A stretch of 64,000 bases of DNA from Candidatus Woesebacteria bacterium GW2011_GWB1_33_22 (GCA_000989765.1 LBOW01000002.1:6843-70842); one strand, 5' to 3'; positions 28,452 through 37,630 are shown, counted from the stretch's first letter. The notes: generated from the sequence alone by a model not told the origin. Numbers and translations are program-made.

Positions 28452-29082
28452 CAATTTATTACAGCAAGCCTTAACTCATAAATCATGGGTTAACGAAAAC
28501 CCAGTAAATAACGGCACAAATGAACGATTAGAGTTTTTAGGAGATGCAATTTTAGAATTTATTGTATCTAAAGAAATTTATGATAGATTTCCCAAAGAAG
28601 AAGAGGGATATTTAACAGCACTTCGTGCAAACCTAGTTAATACTAAAAATTTATCAAGGGTTGCCTTAAATTTAAAAATTGGGGAAATGATTTTACTTTC
28701 AAAAGGTGAAGAAGATGGAGGAGGAAGAAATAATCCTTCACTTCTTGCTGACACGGTTGAAGCAATAATTGGGGCTCTTTTTATAGATCAAGGTATTAAT
28801 GTTGCTGAAAAGTTTGTTAAAGATAATATCTTAATAGATATAGAAGAAAAAACAAAAACTACTCTTAAAGATCCAAAAAGTTTACTTCAAGAAAAAATTC
28901 AGGCCCAAGGTCTTCCTGCACCTAAATATCAAGTTGCAGAAGAAGATGGACCAGATCACAATAAAATATTTACGATTGAAGTTATAATTGACGGTAAAGA
29001 AAAAACTAAAGGAATAGGAAAAAGTAAATCAGAAGCAGAACAAGATGCAGCTATGAACGCTCTTAGAAACATGGTAAAATAG
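28432..29082 (+). CDS. rnc: ribonuclease III
   Basis: ERLEFLGDAILEF signature, C-terminal dsRBD. Confidence 0.95.
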   Translation: MMKFLNNNLLQQALTHKSWVNENPVNNGTNERLEFLGDAILEFIVSKEIYDRFPKEEEGYLTALRANLVNTKNLSRVALNLKIGEMILLSKGEEDGGGRNNPSLLADTVEAIIGALFIDQGINVAEKFVKDNILIDIEEKTKTTLKDPKSLLQEKIQAQGLPAPKYQVAEEDGPDHNKIFTIEVIIDGKEKTKGIGKSKSEAEQDAAMNALRNMVK

Positions 29083-29088
29083 GAAATT

Positions 29089-29313
29089 ATGTCAGTATCA
29101 ATAAAACTTTCAAGGGTTGGGGCCAAAAATAATTGTTTTTATAGAATTGTGGCTGGAACCACAAGATCCAAAGTGGATGGTAAAAACTTGGGTGTAATCG
29201 GAACTTACGATCCAAAAAAGAAAAAGTTAGAGTTAGATAAAAAAATGCTTGAGGATTGGATCAGTAAGGGCGCTATATTAACTGAAGGTGTGAGAAAAAT
29301 TATCAAAAAATGA
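29089..29313 (+). CDS. rpsP: 30S ribosomal protein S16
   Basis: MSVSIKLSRVGAKNNCFYRIVAGTTRSKVDGKNLGVIGTYDP. Confidence 0.9.
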   Translation: MSVSIKLSRVGAKNNCFYRIVAGTTRSKVDGKNLGVIGTYDPKKKKLELDKKMLEDWISKGAILTEGVRKIIKK

Positions 29314-29552
29314 AAGAGCTTCTTGAATTTATTATTAAAAACATTTTGGGGAAAACGGCTAAATTTGAAATCGATGAAGTTGATGATGGCAGTATGGTTA
29401 CTTTAACTGTTAAGACAAAAGATGAAGATGGGGGAATGATTATAGGAAAACAAGGAAAAATTATTAAAGCAATTAGAAACATTCTTAGAATTAAAGCCGT
29501 TCTCGAAAAGAAAAAGGTAATTCTTTTAGTTAATCCCCAAATCCAGCCCTAA
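29310..29552 (+). CDS. KH-domain RNA-binding protein (YlqC-like)
   Basis: GGMIIGKQGKIIKAIR GxxG KH motif; conserved position after rpsP. Confidence 0.85.
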   Translation: MKELLEFIIKNILGKTAKFEIDEVDDGSMVTLTVKTKDEDGGMIIGKQGKIIKAIRNILRIKAVLEKKKVILLVNPQIQP

Positions 29553-29559
29553 TATCAGA

Positions 29560-30393
29560 ATGTTTGATAATTATATCGCTTCAAAAAAAGATTTACTGGC
29601 AGTTGAAAAAGCTTTAGAAATTCTTTGGAATCCAAAATTAGATTATATATTTAAATACAAAGAAAGAATTGAAAATATTCCTGTAACTAGTTTTGATTCA
29701 AAATATATTTATCTTTGGACAAGAAAAAATAATAAATATAACCTATCTAAGTTTACACACAATATTAAAAAAATCGATGATTCTTTACAAAAAGGATGGA
29801 GATCTGGAATTTATATTCAAGAAATTAAAAATATTCTAAAAAAAGAAACAGGGAAGGTTATAAATGGACCTTGTGGGGGATTATTAACACCGTTTACAGA
29901 AATACATAAAAAAATTAGTAAAACATCGAGTGATCCATATTTTACGAAAGAAAGTTATTACGCAACGATTTTACACGAGTTCGGTCATATTTATTGGGAT
30001 AGTTTTAAGCTTTGGTGGCCTTCAGATAAAAAAGAGAATCTTAATTTTCTAAAAACTGCGAAAGGCTATTACATGAAAGATAATATATCAACCAAAACTA
30101 ATATTATTTTCCCAAATCCAAGATTTGTCTCTGAAATATTTGCATTTTGTACAGAATACTCAGCCAGTGAAATTTTTTGGCCAGAACATATTAAATACTT
30201 TGATAAGTTTGCAATTCTTCGAATAGAAAAAATGATTTTGGAAGAAAAAAACAAAGATCTTGGTGTGCAGGATTCATCTCTTGAAGCCAATATCAATCCG
30301 CATGATTATGCTCTAGTTGCAGGAAAAACACTACATACCCAATCTCTAAAAGACTGGGTGAGTATTCTTATTAAACCTCTAAAACTCGCTTAA
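29560..30393 (+). CDS. hypothetical HExxH-motif protein (putative zinc metallopeptidase-like)
   Basis: ILHEFGHIYWD; convergent with the RiPP-like locus. Confidence 0.45.
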   Translation: MFDNYIASKKDLLAVEKALEILWNPKLDYIFKYKERIENIPVTSFDSKYIYLWTRKNNKYNLSKFTHNIKKIDDSLQKGWRSGIYIQEIKNILKKETGKVINGPCGGLLTPFTEIHKKISKTSSDPYFTKESYYATILHEFGHIYWDSFKLWWPSDKKENLNFLKTAKGYYMKDNISTKTNIIFPNPRFVSEIFAFCTEYSASEIFWPEHIKYFDKFAILRIEKMILEEKNKDLGVQDSSLEANINPHDYALVAGKTLHTQSLKDWVSILIKPLKLA

Positions 30394-30629
30394 CCAGGAT
30401 AGCAAGATGGTCTTGGAAACGGTCTTGGTGGCTCAGGTGCTTTTCCATTTGGATAACAAGGCAGTGTATCCGGACCACACGGTCCCAGTGCTGGTCGACA
30501 ATTGTTGGGATAACAATCAGTATTTGGTCTGCAAGCCGCATTCGGTGGGCAATCATTTGGCGGACAACCAGCTAATTTTATAGGTGTAACCAAAACAATT
30601 TCTGGTTCTAAGTTAAGTTCAGCTTTCAT
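30390..30629 (-). CDS. Cys/Pro-rich small peptide, candidate RiPP precursor (leader MKAELNLEPEIVLVTPIKLAG + core with 8x C-x-P)
   Basis: Core CPPNDCPPNAACRPNTDCYPNNCRPALGPCGPDTLPCYPNGKAPEPPRPFPRPSCYPG; start overlaps stop of radical-SAM/SPASM gene. Confidence 0.5.
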   Translation of the reverse strand: MKAELNLEPEIVLVTPIKLAGCPPNDCPPNAACRPNTDCYPNNCRPALGPCGPDTLPCYPNGKAPEPPRPFPRPSCYPG

Positions 30630-31530
30630 TTATTTCTTCACCCCCTTCCATTATATTAATATAAATTGGTTTATGTTCAAGATCTAATTTCCAGTATCCT
30701 TTTCCCCATTTACCTTCATATGGGTTATAAGCACATTTTGGATATGGAGCTTCAATAATATTGCCAACAACTTGATCTCTTGAAAAAACACAGGGTAGGA
30801 TGTCTCCATTATCTGTTATTGCAATTTTTCCAGATAAACAACTATTGTTATGTAAATTTTTTGATAGTGTTTCTTTATTTATGTAAAAATTTGGTGAAGT
30901 CATAATTCCGTTTATTAGTAATGATTTATTACTTGGTAGTAAATTGAGATTATCTCCTCGACCATTCTGCCTTAATACATCAAGTCTTCTGTGAGAAAAC
31001 CCCATTTCATCTACTAATTTTTGAGTTTCCTCAGCACTTTCCTCGTTTTGTTTCATTAATATAGTTTCGACCCTAGTTGGAACTCCTACTTCTTTAAGCA
31101 TTTCCAAAGCCTCCATGGTCTTTTTATGACTTCCTTTTGTCCTTGTAATTTTGTCATGAACTTCAGGATCAGTAGAATACAAAGAAACTGCGACATTAAT
31201 TTCTAAGTTTTTTATACGATTAATTCTGTCTTGTGTAAGTAGTGTTGCGTTTGTAAATATTTCGATAAATTTAAATCCCAATTCTTTTGCATATTCAGCA
31301 AGGTCTAAAACAGTTTCTCCTTTTTCTCCTCTATATAAAAAAGGTTCACCTCCTATAAATTGACATGTTTCACAACCCAAATCATGAACATTTTTTTCTT
31401 GAGCTTTCCATTGGTCAAAAGTTAGTTTAATTTTGTCTACCTGATCTGACTTTTCTTGAAATGTTGGAGGCATAAAATCCCCATAACAATGTAAGCATCT
31501 TTCATTACAATCTTTTGAAACTATTTCAAA
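30619..31530 (-). CDS. radical SAM / SPASM-domain peptide-modifying enzyme (rSAM part; CxxxCxxC lies upstream of first ATG at 31473, contiguous in frame with RRE ORF across a TGA)
   Basis: In-frame codons 31474-31530 encode FEIVSKDCNERCLHCYGDF (CxxxCxxC); GGEPFLY; C-terminal SPASM-like CLSGKIAITDNGDILPCVF. Confidence 0.75.
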   Translation of the reverse strand, partial: FEIVSKDCNERCLHCYGDFMPPTFQEKSDQVDKIKLTFDQWKAQEKNVHDLGCETCQFIGGEPFLYRGEKGETVLDLAEYAKELGFKFIEIFTNATLLTQDRINRIKNLEINVAVSLYSTDPEVHDKITRTKGSHKKTMEALEMLKEVGVPTRVETILMKQNEESAEETQKLVDEMGFSHRRLDVLRQNGRGDNLNLLPSNKSLLINGIMTSPNFYINKETLSKNLHNNSCLSGKIAITDNGDILPCVFSRDQVVGNIIEAPYPKCAYNPYEGKWGKGYWKLDLEHKPIYINIMEGGEEINES

Positions 31531-31821
31531 TCAAGCAAATTGCAAACTAGGTTTATATTCCAATTCACTAAGTATTTGTTTTTCAAGATGATTTTTATCG
31601 GTACATAATCCCATTGACACCAATTTCTTCCAGAAATTAGTGTTTTTCGATCGTCCAGTTAAAACATCCTGAGCATTTTTGTCTAATGAATAAACATTTC
31701 CAGAATTAATATCATATAATGCACATCTTGAGAAGCCTTCAACCAAGAACACCCCTGATTTTAAAGAATATTCTACAAAAGACAGAAGTTCTTTTATATC
31801 TTGTTTATATTCGGAAGACAT
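31531..31821 (-). CDS. RRE (PqqD-like RiPP recognition element) domain, same frame as downstream rSAM, terminated by in-frame TGA at 31531-31533
   Basis: FLVEGFSRCALYDINSGNVYSLDKNAQDVLTG...FWKKLVSMGL pattern typical of PqqD-like domains. Confidence 0.55.
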   Translation of the reverse strand: MSSEYKQDIKELLSFVEYSLKSGVFLVEGFSRCALYDINSGNVYSLDKNAQDVLTGRSKNTNFWKKLVSMGLCTDKNHLEKQILSELEYKPSLQFA

Positions 31822-31891
31822 TTTTAGCTATTATACAACTTGTTGTCAATTTTATGTTAACAACAGATGCTAATAAGTAACACCAACCTCG

Positions 31892-32566
31892 TCAGTTAAA
31901 CGGATCTTCTTTTTGGTTTACTCCTTCTGAAGGTTTTGGTTCAATGAACTGTGGTAAATCATATTTTGATATTTCTGCCAGTATTTTTTCTTCTTCGGTT
32001 GTTAATCCGTCAACAGAAGATGTAACAGAAGGAATTTGTTTAGGAAGCTCGGTTGAATAAACACTTAATGAAACTGCAGTTTTAGATGAATCTCCAACTA
32101 AACTTATTTTTGCTTTAGTAATGTTTGCAATAGGCAAGGTCGTTGTAAACGATTCTAGAAAACTGTAGATATCAAATATTTTACCGTCTAGGTCAAAGGA
32201 AATTAGATTTGATTCTATTAAATTATCTTCCGAAACCGCATTACCTGATCTCAAATTTGAAACCAAGACATTAAACTTGAAGGCCTTAACTTTAACTTGG
32301 TTCATTGCGTAAAGTGCCGATGCTCGGTTTGGGAGAGCAACATCAACAAATGTAATATTTTCCGATATTTTAGTATCAACAGTTCTAAGTGTTGAAATTT
32401 TATTGTTTAAACCTGACTCAACTTTTTTTGCATCACTTATTTTGCTCCTAATATCATTAATTTGTTTAACACCAAAAATAGTAGTAAATAGTAGCAAACA
32501 AAAAATTACTACAAATATAGCAACCGGCTTTATTATATAATTTATTTGATTATTTAATTCTTTCAT
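31892..32566 (-). CDS. pilO: type IV pilus assembly protein PilO-like (start taken at internal MKELNN to avoid overlap)
   Basis: Single TM + coiled-coil + C-terminal periplasmic domain; follows pilM-pilN. Confidence 0.55.
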   Translation of the reverse strand: MKELNNQINYIIKPVAIFVVIFCLLLFTTIFGVKQINDIRSKISDAKKVESGLNNKISTLRTVDTKISENITFVDVALPNRASALYAMNQVKVKAFKFNVLVSNLRSGNAVSEDNLIESNLISFDLDGKIFDIYSFLESFTTTLPIANITKAKISLVGDSSKTAVSLSVYSTELPKQIPSVTSSVDGLTTEEEKILAEISKYDLPQFIEPKPSEGVNQKEDPFN

Positions 32567-32570
32567 TTTT

Positions 32571-33110
32571 TTAATTGCTAAATAATATCTCACTTGTATA
32601 CCCAAATGATGGATTAAAACCAAGCGAAGATAAAACAACCTTTTTAAAACCTGCAACTTCGACAAGTTTACTAAACATAAAGGCTAAACTGTTTGATGTC
32701 TTTGAAAATGCCGAGATTTCCATCTTGTTATGGTCTATATTTATTTCAGTTATTCCAACATCAGACGAACTTAAAAATGCGCTTGTTAAATTTTTAACTT
32801 GGCTTAAGTTTTCATAAATTGATTTACTTTTCTTAAGTTTTGAGATTTTTGATAATTTGTCCTTAGCTAAAATTAATTTCTGTTCACTTTTTTCTAAAGA
32901 AGTAACTATAGTTTTTAAGTCTGCAACAGCCGAAGTAGATTTTTTAAGTTCAAGAGAAAAATAAAAATAAGCTCCAACCGCACCGAGAAGAGAAATTACT
33001 AAAATGACTGAGAGAATTAGATTAACTTTTACAAAAAAAGCTTTGACTGCTTTGACTTTTGTTGGCACTATTAAATCACTTGGAATTAAATTTATTTTTT
33101 TGTTAATCAT
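32571..33110 (-). CDS. pilN: type IV pilus assembly protein PilN-like
   Basis: INLIP N-terminus, single TM, coiled coil. Confidence 0.65.
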   Translation of the reverse strand: MINKKINLIPSDLIVPTKVKAVKAFFVKVNLILSVILVISLLGAVGAYFYFSLELKKSTSAVADLKTIVTSLEKSEQKLILAKDKLSKISKLKKSKSIYENLSQVKNLTSAFLSSSDVGITEINIDHNKMEISAFSKTSNSLAFMFSKLVEVAGFKKVVLSSLGFNPSFGYTSEILFSN

Positions 33111-34107
33111 ACATTGCTAAACCTACCGCTGTTCCATAAATTGAAGAGTATTGCGACAAACTTTTTGCGGTCTCAGGCTCTAGATTTATCTTTGCAAAAG
33201 GATTGCCTAAAATTGTCTCAATGCCTAAAACTTCAGTCAAATAAGATATTAGGTTGGGCATTAGTGATGCCCCCCCTGAAATAACAACAGATGAGGGTGC
33301 TTCACCTTTTTCTTCACTTTGATAATAATGGATAGCTTTTTTTATTTCATCAACTACCATTCTAAAAATTGGTTCAAGAGCCAATTTGACTTTTCCTTCT
33401 AATTGTTCAGTGGATAAACCATAGGTTTTTTTATATTCCTCAGCTTGAGATTGGTTAACACCCAATGACTGAGCAACAGCCCTTGTGAATGCCTCGCCAG
33501 CAACAGGAATTGACCTTGTAAATACTACTTTGGAGTCTCTGGTTATGGCCATATCAGTACTTGTTGCACCAAGGTCTAAAAGTATTGATGTTCCTTTTTC
33601 GGGGGACATACTACGAGCCAATGCTGTAAGTTCTGTTTCGGCTGAAGATGGATTAAAACCTGCAAGTCTAATCACCTTAACATATTTTTCAACCACAATT
33701 TTTGGGGCTGCAACCAAAAGTACTGATGTTTGAGCTTCAGCCTCTCGTCGATCAAGTACTATGTGTTGTACAACCGCCTCATTAATTGGAATTGGTATAT
33801 ATTGCTCAGCTTCCCATTTAACAGCAGCAACAATTTCTTCATCAGTTAGAAGAGGAAACTTAATAATTCTTGTAAAGGCTAATTGCTCGGGGAGAGAGAT
33901 GTTAACCTCCTTTTCAGTAATACCTATTTGTTTTAGTGTTTTTTTAAGAATTTCAGCTAGAGCTACAAATTCTTTTTCATCAATCATTTTATCAGGGCTT
34001 GCTCCAGAGTAACCCACCGCACCTGAAGATTTAAGATTCCATTTTGAGGACTCTTTTGTAAGTTCAATAACTTTTATACTTTTTGATCCAATATCTATTC
34101 CAACCAT
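33103..34107 (-). CDS. pilM: type IV pilus assembly protein PilM (actin-like ATPase)
   Basis: MVGIDIGSKSIKVIEL... actin/FtsA-like fold signature; 334 aa. Confidence 0.9.
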   Translation of the reverse strand: MVGIDIGSKSIKVIELTKESSKWNLKSSGAVGYSGASPDKMIDEKEFVALAEILKKTLKQIGITEKEVNISLPEQLAFTRIIKFPLLTDEEIVAAVKWEAEQYIPIPINEAVVQHIVLDRREAEAQTSVLLVAAPKIVVEKYVKVIRLAGFNPSSAETELTALARSMSPEKGTSILLDLGATSTDMAITRDSKVVFTRSIPVAGEAFTRAVAQSLGVNQSQAEEYKKTYGLSTEQLEGKVKLALEPIFRMVVDEIKKAIHYYQSEEKGEAPSSVVISGGASLMPNLISYLTEVLGIETILGNPFAKINLEPETAKSLSQYSSIYGTAVGLAMYD

Positions 34108-34123
34108 GAGCAGTTTATTTAAT

Positions 34124-34969
34124 TTATTTTACAACACCACTTGCACTAAAGATACTATTTTCAAAAATCGGGGGAGCTACCTTATAAGTCTCATAGACTT
34201 CTATTTTTCTGTTAGCTCCTCCAAATGATCCAGAAGAAATAACTTTATTCCCTTGAGATGGAAGCAGTCCAAACCCTGTTACATCAATTCCAATTTTGTG
34301 GGCAACTGTAGTATTGTATAATATTCTAACATTGGCATATTTAAGATCTGAATTTGCCCCAAGGCTTGCCAAATTAACGTTAGTTTCAAATTCAAAATCT
34401 TCATTTTCAATTGTGCAATTTGAGTTGACAGAATCAAAACCATTTGATTCGGCTCTTGCAGAATTGGGGTCAAATACTGCTCTAGCAATTTGCAGGTTAG
34501 AAATATCACCATAATAAACAGTAAGCTCTATTGCAGGTGCAAATCCATCAACAGGAGTATCAGAATCTCCCCAACAGAAAGTAACCTGATTGCCATCAAA
34601 TTGTGAATCACCAACAACGCCTTGATGAGGAGCAAACCAAAATACGGCAATTTCCCCGGATTTTAAACTAACAGGATAAACGACACTTGTTTCTCCTTGT
34701 CCAAAACTTGAAACATTTGCTTCAAAATTTGCTCCACCTATTTCTGAAGGACCAGTAGAACCTAATATCAAGGCCCTCTCGATACCTGCCTCTGCCGCTG
34801 AAAAAGCACGTAAGGAATCTTCCTCTTTTGAAGAAAGTGAAAGATCAGTAACTGAACGAGACATGATATATAAAACGATAATCAAAACGACAGAAAGTGA
34901 AAGAAGAACTATTAAAACAGCTTGACCTGCTTGCCGGTAGGCAGGGCCCTCATTATTTCTTGACTTCAT
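34124..34969 (-). CDS. PilX-like pilus-associated protein (N-terminal TM + AFSAAEAGIERAL motif), carries variant palindromic element near 5' end
   Basis: PilX_N-like ...SLRAFSAAEAGIERAL...; element encodes PAYRQAGQ at residues 9-16. Confidence 0.55.
   Translation of the reverse strand: MKSRNNEGPAYRQAGQAVLIVLLSLSVVLIIVLYIMSRSVTDLSLSSKEEDSLRAFSAAEAGIERALILGSTGPSEIGGANFEANVSSFGQGETSVVYPVSLKSGEIAVFWFAPHQGVVGDSQFDGNQVTFCWGDSDTPVDGFAPAIELTVYYGDISNLQIARAVFDPNSARAESNGFDSVNSNCTIENEDFEFETNVNLASLGANSDLKYANVRILYNTTVAHKIGIDVTGFGLLPSQGNKVISSGSFGGANRKIEVYETYKVAPPIFENSIFSASGVVK
34926..34945. repeat. variant copy of GC-rich palindrome (CCTGCTTGCCGGTAGGCAGG; two C->T changes giving G.U-compatible positions)
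   Basis: 18/20 identity to CCTGCCTGCCGGCAGGCAGG; in frame in minus-strand CDS. Confidence 0.8.
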
Positions 34970-35009
34970 GCTATTTTAAATATAACATATTGTTAAGAAA
35001 GATAAAACT

Positions 35010-35177
35010 ATGCTACCTAAACCAGGAGAACCTAAAATCGTACAAATGGACCCAAAACAAAGAGAAAAAGTTTTAGAAGAATTAAAAAGAATTCAAGATT
35101 TACAAAGAGAAATTAGCAAAAAGAGATTGAGAGAGGAAAGGGAAAGTACACCATCAACAGAAAGAAGCGAGAGATAA
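35010..35177 (+). CDS. small charged hypothetical protein (55 aa)
   Basis: MLPKPGEPKIVQMDPKQREKVLEELKRIQDLQREISKKRLREERESTPSTERSER; not in ORF track. Confidence 0.3.
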   Translation: MLPKPGEPKIVQMDPKQREKVLEELKRIQDLQREISKKRLREERESTPSTERSER

Positions 35178-35230
35178 TTCTACATCAAATTTAATAAAAT
35201 CATAAAAATAGTATATAATACTAAACAGAT

Positions 35231-35530
35231 ATGATTAAGATTCCAAGTAAATTGCAAGGTATTTTATGGTCAGTGCCTCTCAATAAAATTGATCTTAAAG
35301 TTCATAAATCATATTTAACTCATCAAATACTTATGTTTGGTAGTTTTGATGATATTAAATGGCTTTTTAATGTGTATCCAAATAATGATATTAAAAGTAT
35401 CTTCATAGATAAACCTCAGAAAATATACACACCAGAGGGTTTTAATTTTGTTAAAAACTTCGTTCTCAATTTAAAAGACCAAAACATACCACCCAAAAAT
35501 TATGTCAATGTTATACACTCAAAATCTTAA
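35231..35530 (+). CDS. hypothetical protein, possible cognate partner (antitoxin-like) of downstream nucleotidyltransferase
   Basis: Overlaps downstream gene by 29 nt, suggesting co-translation; no motif. Confidence 0.35.
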   Translation: MIKIPSKLQGILWSVPLNKIDLKVHKSYLTHQILMFGSFDDIKWLFNVYPNNDIKSIFIDKPQKIYTPEGFNFVKNFVLNLKDQNIPPKNYVNVIHSKS

Positions 35531-36152
35531 TAAAAATCAGTTAATAATTTATGAAAAACTAAAGGCGTTTAATAGTGATTTTGTATTGGCTGGTGGTACA
35601 TCATTAATGCTTCAAATTAACCATCGCAAAAGTTACGATTTTGATTGTTTTTCAGAGAAACCTCTAAATAAATCTTTGCTTCGAAAAGTAAAAAAGGTGT
35701 TTGGTAATAGCATTCATATATTGATAGATAACAATAGTTTGTTGCTTTTTACAACACCACAGGGGGTTAAAGTAGATTTAGTTTATTATCCATATAAACC
35801 TTTACACCAAATAATAAAAAATGCACCTATTTCCTTGTTTGGTTTTAGGGATATAGCTTCAAACAAAGCTTATACTATTGGTAGGAGAGCTACTTGGAGA
35901 GATTATGTTGATTTATTTTGTTTATTAAAAAATAATACCGTTAAAATAGAAAATATTATTAAAGATGCTAAAAAAAGATTTGGGGGGGAATTTAGTGAAA
36001 AGTTATTTTTGGAACAACTAGTCTACTTTAATGACCTTGACATAGTCCCAATTGAGTTTATTAACCAAAGCTATGAACCATCAGAGATCAAACAGACACT
36101 TGAAATGATTACTCAACAATACACAAAAACTTCTTTATTTGCTATACTTTAA
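35502..36152 (+). CDS. nucleotidyltransferase, AbiEii/DUF1814-like
   Basis: FVLAGGTSLMLQINHRKSYDFDCF (GGT/S-AL...R.S.D.D) minimal NTase fold signature. Confidence 0.55.
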   Translation: MSMLYTQNLNKNQLIIYEKLKAFNSDFVLAGGTSLMLQINHRKSYDFDCFSEKPLNKSLLRKVKKVFGNSIHILIDNNSLLLFTTPQGVKVDLVYYPYKPLHQIIKNAPISLFGFRDIASNKAYTIGRRATWRDYVDLFCLLKNNTVKIENIIKDAKKRFGGEFSEKLFLEQLVYFNDLDIVPIEFINQSYEPSEIKQTLEMITQQYTKTSLFAIL

Positions 36153-36154
36153 GT

Positions 36155-36802
36155 ATGGCACGGGCTACTAAAATATTACTTTTCTTTTTATTTTCAATTT
36201 CAGTCTCAACCACAGCCTATTTGGCCTTTAGATATTATAAAGAAACCAGGATTCCACAAGAAAATCTTGAACTTAATTTAACTGGAACCATCAAAAAAGG
36301 TAAAGATATATCACCTCAAAAAGATTATTGTCCAAACGAACTCTACATTGTAACTAAAGATAAAACATACCAATTAAGAACCCCCGACAAAAGAAATGAA
36401 AAAGCCTCAATAGTTTATGCAAAATACCGTGATCTTGAAGTTTCTCTGAAAGCCAAATTTAATGATATTTTACCAAACAACGATCCAAGAAAGAAAAATT
36501 GTGCCTCCGATCAATTTATTTTAGTTGAAAAAATTAACAGTAACAATAAAACAACATCAGTTTTTAATTCATACTCCGGCAAAATTTCTTGCCTACCTTT
36601 ACTTAATGGAGAACAAGTAAATTCTTCAGACTGTGCCTTAGGATTAGCTACAAATGATGGAAAATATTATATTTTGGAAGATATTGCTGATGATTTTATA
36701 ACTCAAGGCAAGGAAATTAATTTAACAGGGGATTTATCAAATGAAAAAACAATTTCAAATTATAAAATTGACGGAGTCATAAGCGTGATTGAAGTGAAGT
36801 AA
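36155..36802 (+). CDS. secreted hypothetical protein
   Basis: N-terminal signal/TM MARATKILLFFLFSISVSTTAYLAF. Confidence 0.5.
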   Translation: MARATKILLFFLFSISVSTTAYLAFRYYKETRIPQENLELNLTGTIKKGKDISPQKDYCPNELYIVTKDKTYQLRTPDKRNEKASIVYAKYRDLEVSLKAKFNDILPNNDPRKKNCASDQFILVEKINSNNKTTSVFNSYSGKISCLPLLNGEQVNSSDCALGLATNDGKYYILEDIADDFITQGKEINLTGDLSNEKTISNYKIDGVISVIEVK

Positions 36803-36806
36803 AACA

Positions 36807-36975
36807 TGATATAATTTGAATATGACAAAAGTTCAAAAAATATACAAAAAATATTTATCAAATAAAAAAAAGAATTCTGCATTAGATTTTTTTAAATCTT
36901 TCATGCCTGAAATGATTTACAGAACAATGAAACTTGAGGGAGAACCGTCAACAAGACGAAGAATTTTATCTCTAT
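36807..36975 (+). repeat. direct repeat copy A (~135-165 bp) carrying extended -10 TGATATAAT and a 53-codon ORF
   Basis: Near-identical to 37664-37800 except a 24-bp segment absent from copy B. Confidence 0.7.
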
Positions 36976-36983
36976 TTACATAA
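36822..36983 (+). CDS. small ORF within repeat copy A (53 aa), immediately upstream of fic
   Basis: MTKVQKIYKKYLSNKKKNSALDFFKSFMPEMIYRTMKLEGEPSTRRRILSLFT; truncated to 28 aa in copy B. Confidence 0.3.
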   Translation: MTKVQKIYKKYLSNKKKNSALDFFKSFMPEMIYRTMKLEGEPSTRRRILSLFT

Positions 36984-36986
36984 ATA

Positions 36987-37625
36987 ATGGCAAAATACGG
37001 GTCAACATCTTTCAAAGATACAAACTTTGGAATTTTACCCCGAGAGAAATTAGTGAAACTAGAAGAAAAAGGGGTTAAAAAGGGACTAGATTATATATCT
37101 TCACTTAATCAAAACGTAATTAAAACAACAGATATTGATATTCCACTGATTCTTAAACTTCACAAAATTTCATATGCTTGGATTTTCCCAAAGTGGGCAG
37201 GTAAATTTAGAACTATCGATGTGGCATATTCAGGCAAAGAAGCAATTGAATATTTTAAAGTAAGAGAAGCGATTACTAATTTATGTTTAGATCTAAAAGT
37301 AAGAATGAACCACCTTTCTTCAAAAAATAACAGTAAATACATAACAAATGTTATTGAACTTGTATCATGGTTTCAACACAGATTCGTTCAAATACATCCA
37401 TTTAATGACTATAACGGTAGAACAGCAAGAATGTTAACTTCATTTTTACTATTAAAATTTGATTTACCTGCAATTGAAATAAAAGCAGATAACAAAAGTG
37501 ATAGAAAAAAGTATATACGAGCCATGCAGGAGGCAGATGAGGGGAATTATTCGAATTTGGAAAAACTTATTGCATCTGCATTAGAAGAAGGTTTACAAAA
37601 ATTTGACTTAAAGCTAAAAACTTGA
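36987..37625 (+). CDS. Fic/Doc family protein
   Basis: Fic motif HPFNDYNGRTARM (HPFx[DE]GNGR). Confidence 0.9.
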   Translation: MAKYGSTSFKDTNFGILPREKLVKLEEKGVKKGLDYISSLNQNVIKTTDIDIPLILKLHKISYAWIFPKWAGKFRTIDVAYSGKEAIEYFKVREAITNLCLDLKVRMNHLSSKNNSKYITNVIELVSWFQHRFVQIHPFNDYNGRTARMLTSFLLLKFDLPAIEIKADNKSDRKKYIRAMQEADEGNYSNLEKLIASALEEGLQKFDLKLKT

Positions 37626-37630
37626 AATAA

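Noticed and set aside
30619-31821. Alternative genetic code (TGA=Gly/Trp) or selenocysteine to explain the in-frame TGA in the rSAM gene
   Set aside because: TGA terminates tyrS and other ORFs and long conserved genes are intact under code 11; no SECIS-like hairpin directly 3' of the TGA and no sel genes in window; kept only as a low-probability option
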